Shown: positions 55,988-64,000 of the stretch, one piece after another | How the letters are laid out: each line of letters begins with the position of its first letter | Position numbering within the stretch: the stretch's first letter is position 1 | Origin: Antedon mediterranea | Taxonomy: Eukaryota; Animalia; Echinodermata | Direction: 5' to 3' | NCBI RefSeq assembly: GCF_964355755.1 | Contig: NC_092677.1 | Coordinates: forward strand, 27,577,175 to 27,641,174 | DNA: 64,000 nucleotides | The notes under the pieces: generated by a model | Told to the model about the DNA's origin: nothing | The model's database searches: none | The model's input: only the letters and a program-made list of their open reading frames with translations | Translations under genes and position numbers: made by a program

Positions 55988-56336
55988 CTTGAATGCACTT
56001 CAGCTGCAGCCAGATGCTTGCAAAACTCGTTTTTAATGTTCGAGGGACCCTGGCCTAAGAATAAATCCAGACGTCTTGGTAAATGTAAACAATGTAATAA
56101 GATTATAAATCCATTTATCTATGACTAATTACTTTAAATAACATATGTATGTTTAAAATATAGACTTTATTAACAATGTAATGTGATTAAGCGTTTAAAA
56201 TTAAATCTTTAAATTCAGAAATAAATTACCAACAGTTGCAAAAAGACTAGAGTAACATTGTCATAATATTGACGGCGCTGTTTGTAAATGAAAAAATAAA
56301 GGGAAAAAAAGACAGTACACGAAATATTTGAACAAA
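55988..56336. promoter_or_regulatory. Putative bidirectional promoter and 5' UTRs of RPRD1 and POLR2C
   Basis: Only 349 bp separate the divergent start codons; TSSs not determined. Confidence 0.7.
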
Positions 56337-56422
56337 ATGCCATACGCTAATCAACCTACAATTCGAATAACCGATTTAACAGAAGATAATGTTAAATTTG
56401 AAATAGAAAATACGGATCTTAG
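56337..56422 (+). CDS. POLR2C: RNA polymerase II subunit RPB3, exon 1
   Basis: [28 protein letters not shown]; donor gtaaaa. Confidence 0.96.
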
Positions 56423-57174
56423 GTAAAACTTTCAAATGTTTTTGTGTAAAATTCGGAAAACCAATGCATGAAATAAATGCAAGTAACCTAGGCCTGTGCC
56501 TGTCACCTTATTCGTTGTACATGTGTGGTGTGGAGGAGTGAAAACAAGACTGTTTATCCCGGGAGAAAATGATGTGTAGCTTAGGGTATTGTTAGACATA
56601 GGCCTAGCCTACAAAACTTTGAAAAAAAAGATAGATTGTTTTTAATTGTTATGTGCAGATATGATTATATAATTTGTGACATACAGCAACTTTAAAAAAA
56701 ATATCAGTCAGCCTGTCTGTGTTTTTGTGTATAAATTATTATATAATGAATGATAGTACTATTATTGAGGGGAAGGGGCACCCAAATTAAAGCTTGCTTG
56801 CTGTGGCGTCCCTTTTCCACTTACCAACTTCTTTTCTTGCATTAAATTATTTATGTTCATTATCAGTTGTATATTTACAGTATTATGCTACTCTGTATTT
56901 TGCTTTATTATTTGTGGAAATAAATATTAATATATTATTATTACTAGGCCTAGCTAGTTAGTTGTAGTATACTTTAGTTATTGTATTTTGTTATAGTTAG
57001 TGTAGTAAGCCTAGGCTAGAAAATAAAACACGATAATATATAGGTCTACCTAGAGGACAGGTTTATGGCAAAGGCAGTTGTCCTAAATAAACAAAACTAC
57101 GTTTTGTGTGTTCAGTTTTAATTTTATTGTTTTTTTTAAATGTTTGTTAATTGGTTTTTAATTTCTATTTTTAG

Positions 57175-57293
57175 CGTTGCAAATTCAATAAGAAGAGTCT
57201 TCATAGCTGAAACACCTACATTAGCCATTGACTGGATTCAGGTAGAGGCTAATTCTACAGTCCTCCATGATGAATTCATTGCACATAGAGTTG
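57175..57293 (+). CDS. POLR2C: RPB3 exon 2
   Basis: [39 protein letters not shown]; ttttag/gtaaat. Confidence 0.96.
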
Positions 57294-57318
57294 GTAAATA
57301 ATCATAATTCATTCACAA

Positions 57319-57413
57319 CATTGACTTGATTCAGATAGAGGCTAATTCTACAGTTCTCCATGATGAATTCATTGCACCTAGAGTTCTTGGTAAATAATTC
57401 ATTCACAACATTG
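57319..57413 (+). repeat. Diverged tandem copy of the POLR2C exon 2 3' half plus donor
   Basis: CATTGACTTGATTCAGATAGAGGCTAATTCTACAG...GAGTTCTTG|GTAAAT; second donor 96 nt downstream of the first. Confidence 0.9.
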
Positions 57414-57612
57414 GATGTTAACATCTCATAATTGTGAGATAAATTAGTTTTGACATGGGTATACAGTACATCATGGGCCTGGATTGTTGGTACCTACTTT
57501 CTACCTCAACTCAATTTATAGTTCAACAAAATTAGTTTGATTAAACAATCATTACACCAAGATGTAACAATGTTCTAAAAAAACTTCTTTGTTTTTTGTG
57601 TCTAATTTGCAG

Positions 57613-57665
57613 GGCTTATTCCACTGACAAGTGATGACATAGTTGATCGAATGGCCTATCACAGA
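57613..57665 (+). CDS. POLR2C: RPB3 exon 3
   Basis: GLIPLTSDDIVDRMAYHR; ttgcag/gtaagt. Confidence 0.94.
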
Positions 57666-57825
57666 GTAAGTATTCACACAACAGCTTAATCTACTTGAGA
57701 TTTAGCAGGATATACCTGTTATATTTACTCTTCTTGCTCAATTCTAACAATGATAACCATTTTAAAAATCATTCTATAATCATTCTAACTGTTGTCATTT
57801 TTCTAATTTGTATTTTAAATTGTAG

Positions 57826-57954
57826 GACTGTACATGTGAAGAGTTCTGTCAGGATTGCTCAGTTGAGTTTAATCTTCATGTAAAAAATGACGAGGAGGGA
57901 CCGCGTCATGTGACCTCCAGAGATCTTAAGTCATCTGACCCACGAGTAGTTCCG
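57826..57954 (+). CDS. POLR2C: RPB3 exon 4 (Cys4 zinc loop)
   Basis: [19 protein letters not shown]...[17 protein letters not shown]; ttgtag/gtaagt. Confidence 0.96.
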
Positions 57955-58396
57955 GTAAGTGTGTTTTTAATACAAAAGTGTAAAGCCAAGTTTTACTGTA
58001 CCCAGTACTAGTTTAGTTTATATTCAAAAGTGTAGCTTATATAACTAATTTTACCGTAATTGTTTTAATTGATTTCCCTTTTGATTCTAAGTATTTTTTT
58101 TTTCATTATTTAATTTTTAAAATATTAATATTTATAAATTATATTTAATTTAATTTTTAGTTTGTATCTTCTCTTATATATTATGTTATTGTCTTATCAT
58201 ATTTCATTCTTGTGACGGACGTAAATTATCAGCTTCAGGTTGATGGACCACCCTCTTTAAATGTTGTTGAAATAAAATAAGTAATTTCGCTTCTTTCACT
58301 TTCAAATGAGTAAAAAAGCATAATGAAAACAGGAATATCAGACAACCTGAAGACTATTTTAAAATTTACAATGTTATTTTTTTTATAATATCTTAG

Positions 58397-58448
58397 ACTC
58401 CATCAAGTACAAGAGAAGATGAATCCAGTGAATATGGAGAGACAGATG
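58397..58448 (+). CDS. POLR2C: RPB3 exon 5
   Basis: TPSSTREDESSEYGETD; cttag/gtaagg, phase 0/1. Confidence 0.9.
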
Positions 58449-58751
58449 GTAAGGTGATAGAGGGCAGCAGACAGCTTTGTGTAAATTCTGTCTACAATCT
58501 GCTTTGAATAGATCAGATCATTGAATTCAATTTGATCATTGAATTCAATGAATGAATCAAATCGAAACATTTTTAATATAAAGACTATTTAAATTATTTA
58601 TGTATTAGGATTTTATTGGAATTTGATTTTATTGGAATTAAATTTTATGGAAATTTACCAAGAAAAATTCTAGGTTTAGAAAGATAAAGACAACCGTAGT
58701 TTGAATATTTTGTTGTTTTAATTTCAACAAACTTCCTACTTTTGCTTTCAG

Positions 58752-58958
58752 ATATAATGATTGTGAAATTAAGGAAAGGGCAAGACTTAAAATTGAAAGC
58801 TATCGCCAGAAAAGGTTTTGGAAAAGAACATGCTAAGTGGATCCCAACTGCAGCGGTGGCGTTTGAGTATGATCCTGACAACGCCTTCAGACATACTGTA
58901 TACCCTAAGCCGGAGGAATGGCCAAAGAGTGAATTCTCAGAGCTTGAAGATGACGAAT
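58752..58958 (+). CDS. POLR2C: RPB3 exon 6
   Basis: [29 protein letters not shown]...[12 protein letters not shown]...WPKSE; tttcag/gtaagt. Confidence 0.97.
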
Positions 58959-59428
58959 GTAAGTTTAAGTGTTCCTCAACTTCCCCATTTTTTGTTCCAA
59001 TATTCAGTCTTTTAACTATAAGGTTGTTATTCCAGATTCTGTACACTTTATAAGATATATATATGTTTCTAAATAAATCCTTTAAGCTTAGCCAAACTGG
59101 TAGACTGATCACTCTGAATCTAAACACTAAATGTTGTCAACAATCTTCGTTTATAATTCAATTCACATATTTAATAGCAAGTTCCTAAGATCTTTTTAAT
59201 TTATTGGTTAAACCCTTTTTTTTATTCATTGTATATTGTATGTAAATCAAAAACAAACCAAATTTCATTTATACCTCGTTAAAAATGACAATAAATAATA
59301 TCGTATCGTGTTTGTGATGAACTTTAGTTTACAGATGGTTGTAAAATAAAAATATTACAATTGCATAATAATAATAATAAAAGTAAATAAGATACAATGT
59401 ATTAATATCTCTATTTGATCAATTTCAG

Positions 59429-59592
59429 TACAAGCACCGTTTGATCCATCAGATAAGCCCAACAAGTTTTACCTTAATGTTGAATCGTGCGGCTCACTCA
59501 GACCAGAGAACATTGTACTTTCAGGCTTATCTGTGTTAAAGAAGAAACTAAGTGATTTACAAACACAACATAGTCATGAAGCTCTAGAATAG
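59429..59592 (+). CDS. POLR2C: RPB3 exon 7 (last coding)
   Basis: [53 protein letters not shown]. Exons total 810 nt = 269 aa + stop. Confidence 0.94.
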
Positions 59593-59927
59593 GTTAGTCA
59601 GGTGTTAAAGGGGTGTTTGGTTTGGGATCTGTGTCAGACATGAGGGGGATAAACATACACTTTTGTGTCAAATTGCATTTTCTTTAAGTAAAATCTGTTA
59701 ATTTAATCCATTAAATGACTATTTTCATATTTTATTGAATAATTTACTGACTTATCGCTAGAGGAGTGTTTGTTTAGGATGTGTCGGGCATGAGAGGGGA
59801 GAAACGCATGCTTTTGTGTTAAATTGCATTGTCTTTAAATAAAATGTTCAGTTTATCTATTAAATGACCATTTTGGTATTTTGATAATCAATCTACTGAC
59901 TTTTTATCTTGGTTTGCCTACATTACT

Positions 59928-60456
59928 GATACATTCATATATAATACACTGGCAAAGATACCCCACCTTAGAGAGGGTACCCTAAGCCTCTCTGTTGCGG
60001 TCCGATACATTCATTTATAATACACTGGCAAAGATACCCACCTTAGAGAGGGTACCCTAAGCCTCTCTGTTGCGGTCTGATACATTCATTTATAATACAC
60101 TGGCAAAGATACCCACCTTAGAGAGGGTACCCTAAGCCTCTCTGTTGCGGTCTGATACATTCATATATAATACACTGGCAAAGATACCCACCTTAGAGAG
60201 GGTACCCTAAGCCTCTCTGTTGCGGTCTGATACATTCATATATAATACACTGGCAAAGATACCCACCTTAGAGAGGGTACCCTAAGCCTCTCTGTTGCGG
60301 TCTGATACATTCATATATAATACACTGGCAAAGATACCCACCTTAGAGAGGGTACCCTAAGCTTCTCTGTTGCGGTCTGATACATTCATATATAATAAAT
60401 ACACTGGCAAAGATATCCACCTTAGAGAGGGTACCCTAAGCCTCTCTCTGTTGCGG
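59928..60456. repeat. 75-bp minisatellite x 7 downstream of POLR2C
   Basis: GATACATTCA... starts at 59928, 60004, 60079, 60154, 60229, 60304 and 60379; unit contains the palindrome AGGGTACCCT. Confidence 0.95.
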
Positions 60457-63400
60457 TTTTCAAATGTATTTGAAAACCTTTCCAGTACACGTGGGGAAAA
60501 GTTCATAATTAAAACAGCATTTTGGCTGCCGTATTTGATCCAAAATGGCGGTTAAATTTTAAATGTAATGCTGTACAAATACACTTCCTAAATATAACAA
60601 AACAGTAATTTCTATTGTAATTTAATATCCAGAAGTTATTTTGATGTACAAAGAATCTGTGTTAAAAGCTTTATAAGTAATAAAAATAGTGTAGGTGTAT
60701 TAAAGCACATGTGAATTCATCTTTGTACAGTTGACTAAGTTGTTGTGTTGTTTAAAGTTTATTCTTCCGTCTCTGTGTTTCTGTCCGTAGTCGTCCTTTG
60801 TGTAGTTTTTTTTCAATTTAAATTTAGAAGGAGTTTCAATTTTTTACCATTAAATTTTGTATGATAGAAGTTTTATGTGTATGCTTTTTCTATTAATCCT
60901 GCCTTTACCTTTTTTATTGTGAACTCTAGCAAAGGTTAACACCATAAAAAAATATCAACATTGTTAATGATAATATAGAGCTATAATTTGAATATGACAT
61001 TTTGAATTAAACTTTGGGAAAAGTGGAAGGAAGTAGCTAGTGACCTTTGAACTTTGGGAAAGGAGGAAAGGAAGTAGCTAGTGACCTTTGAACTTCCGGT
61101 TTCTTGTCCTTCCACCACTTGTTTTTGTGTTCTATGGCTAATACACCCTTTCTGCTTTTAACAAGTGTGTGAAAAGCTATACATACCAATTCAACACTCT
61201 TCCTCCTCATCAAATGCTTATTTTCTCTGTATAAAAAAACCTTTAGTTGTAAAACAAACAAAACAGAAAAAAATCGACTAATAACACATGTGTGATGTTA
61301 TTGCTATTTCGTAATTTGATTTTGAAATTATAATTTATTTATTTTACATATTTTGGAAATTGGTCAAACAAAATGTTAAAGTTACTGATAAACAAGTTTA
61401 TAAATAAACTATTCCAGCTAATACTATTATCATATGGACCACAAAATTGGCATATATACTCATTTAAACATTTTTTTGGACATTTTATACTGTAAATAAT
61501 CATATTCAAAGTTAAAATTGCGTTGTATTTTCTATGTGCACAGCCCCCCATGAGTTTATCTGGACTTCTGTGGTTAATAAAGTTAAACTGAACACAACTT
61601 AAAGCTATTTTATTTTTCACATCATGGGTGTGGACAGAATTGTTATAAAGAGGAGTTGAAATTGGTCTGGTCGTCCAGTTTAACTTTAAATTAAGTTGGG
61701 TGAGATTTGTTTTACAATAATGTATCTACATTGTGTTTTTTTTTTTATTGAAAACACAATCTACAATTTTTACATCACAAGAAATCTACATCACAAGCAG
61801 TGGTGGCTCTATTCCTATCATTTTATCTATACACATTCAATAAAATGAAAACCATACATTTATCAAATTGTTAGAAACAGCTGCACACTGTTCTCTCAAT
61901 TTAAAAATCAATTCTAGAAAATTATGCGAGGTACCAAATACTAAATAATTATTTTTATAAATTTATCTAAAAATACAAAATACAAATATCAAGTCAAATA
62001 TATTGTACTTAAATAATACGTCAATTATATAAATAAAATATAGCCTCTAATTTCTCTTGTGTAATAAATAAGCATAGCCAGCTACTTCTGTTACTGTATT
62101 TTCTTCCACCATTCTTAATAAGAAATCTATTATGAAATTGTTGCTGGTAAACCGGCTTAGGGTGAGCATTGAGTAGCATAGAACAGTAGTAGCGATATCA
62201 AGGCCATCGTTCACAACAATGATAAGCTTTAGTATACCAATGTGTTTCTGGCCATTTTATAGAGATTTTTTTTTCAATATGAAATCATTGTTGGAAGAAG
62301 GACTTGTTTTTTATAATAGATTTTCCTAAGCAGCTTAGCGGAACATATGTATGGCGTAAACACTTCGTAATATGTAATATTAAATGTTCGATTTATTTTG
62401 AATGTTATCATGTTGTAATAATGTTAACCCAATATTTACCTCAGCATTCCAGGAAGAGGCCTGTTACAAAAAACTAAGTCTAGACAAAAGGTTATGTGAG
62501 TTCATGCTATGTGTATGTAATAATATCGCCTCTATTGTCTCTCGTTTATGCAATAAGCACTCCATGCGTGCGAACGAATTGGCATAGCGCCATCTACCAC
62601 CCACGTTCGCTAGAATGTTTTTTTCCCAGGCGCCAAATTTAAACGGAGTAAGTACGGTCTGTGATTTAGAAAAGTACCAAATTTGAGGTTTATTCATGCT
62701 TTTTTGGTATATTAGTATTTTTTACATACATCATTTGACATTTTGCTTCATAATAGACAATCTAAACCACAATTTTTTTTTAATAAAAAAAAAAATTATC
62801 TAACTTATAATTTATATACATGTATTTTTTGTGTTTTTTTAAAGGAAATGTGTTTTTGATTCATAAAGTCCCTGGATAATCACTCACATGATTCATGTAT
62901 CACTCACATGATTCATGTATCATTAAATCTGCTGACATAAAGCAAATCACCAAGGTCAAAGGTTATGACCATATGTTGGTTTTGAAATGATTGTTGTGCT
63001 TCTCAGTTATCTATTGTTATCAAATTGATATATTATAATTCCAATAAATTCTTAGAACTTGTCAACTAATGTAGCAAGAATGTGATTACACCTGAGGGAG
63101 GCACAGAAGACAAAGAACCTCAGTAAATCACCTGATAAATCACTCACTTCATACCAATAAATAATAATGCCATTACCCACAGTAACATTTTTATTAATTT
63201 CAACAGATTTTATGATTTTTTATAATTTTAATAATAAAAATGTAAATTTTCCAATGTATCCACAAAAAATGTAAATTGTGTAAACGTAAATCATGTAAAG
63301 CTTGAAAATTAAGTTTGCGACAGGAAAGAGCTGGTTATGTGGCGAGGCCCGTAAAGGGTGATACTGAAGGCTGCCCAGGGATTAGTTGGGATGCTGATGG

Positions 63401-63666
63401 GTGGAAAACCAATGCAATAAATTGCTGATGTCAACAACAACAAAATATGAAAATTGACAACAAACAATGTCATTAGTTTTGGATTTGTTTTAAACATATT
63501 CCAGGTTGTAGTTTAAAATATTATTTTTTCATGAATATGATTAGAAAAATGAAGATTTACTCATTTACAGAATGTTTCTTAATGTTATTAAATAATGATT
63601 GAGTAGATATAGTAAATTATATTTCAATGTCTTTGTGTAAATGATTTAAATATTATAATATATTTA

Positions 63667-63814
63667 AGCTCTGTCTACACTATCAAACAATGTGATGTGC
63701 CCAGCCCATATACTGTATGAACATGATGTCATATTACTACCATATAGGGGTTCATCACTACCATATTTGAGCACATCACAGTTTTTTGTCAAACTAGTTT
63801 GATAGTGTAGACAC
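63667..63814. mobile_element. MITE family A copy
   Basis: AGCTCTGTCTACACTATCAAAC ... GTTTGATAGTGTAGACA. Confidence 0.8.
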
Positions 63815-64000
63815 AGATGTAGGTCCCAATCCAATACTGATGGTATACATCCTAATATCCAAGCTCAACAACTGCAATAGTTCTGCCGAATGCGATAACA
63901 ATTCCTGGATGTCCCTCATCCACCACCTTATTTAAAACTATTACAATAATATTAGTTCTGGTGCAGTTTTGTTTACCAAGCAACACACAAAATATTGATT

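Noticed and set aside
60541-61100. YY1-like CAAAATGGCGG and ETS-like ACTTCCGG as the promoter of a further gene
   Set aside because: The ATG closes after 5 codons and no downstream exon chain could be built. Isolated motifs are not enough.

Overview
AT-rich, intron-containing animal genomic DNA (invertebrate-like; the species cannot be fixed from sequence alone). Three spliced genes were reconstructed by hand from GT-AG boundaries and phase. (1) An ANKRD11/12 orthologue on + (exons 7737-41403; start codon not found). (2) RPRD1 (RPRD1A/B, CREPT family, Pol II CTD-interacting) on -, 7 exons, 55987-48002, 335 aa. (3) POLR2C/RPB3 on +, 7 exons, 56337-59592, 269 aa, head-to-head with RPRD1 (349 bp between ATGs). 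The main oddity is the 3.97-kb array of 63 x 63 bp in RPRD1. It is not a separate 1,393-aa gene. Each unit is the last 42 nt of exon 4 plus the first 21 nt of intron 4, so the gene carries 63 tandem, in-frame, stop-free copies of one 5' splice site. Donor choice could add 0-62 acidic 21-aa repeats to the linker between the CID and the coiled coil. POLR2C exon 2 has a similar donor-spanning duplication (with an in-frame stop), and the ANKRD stop-codon region is also duplicated. The rest holds non-autonomous DNA transposons (Tigger-, Harbinger-, IS3EU- and Kolobok-like), SINE fragments and several minisatellites. Family assignments come from remembered motifs; no searches were run.
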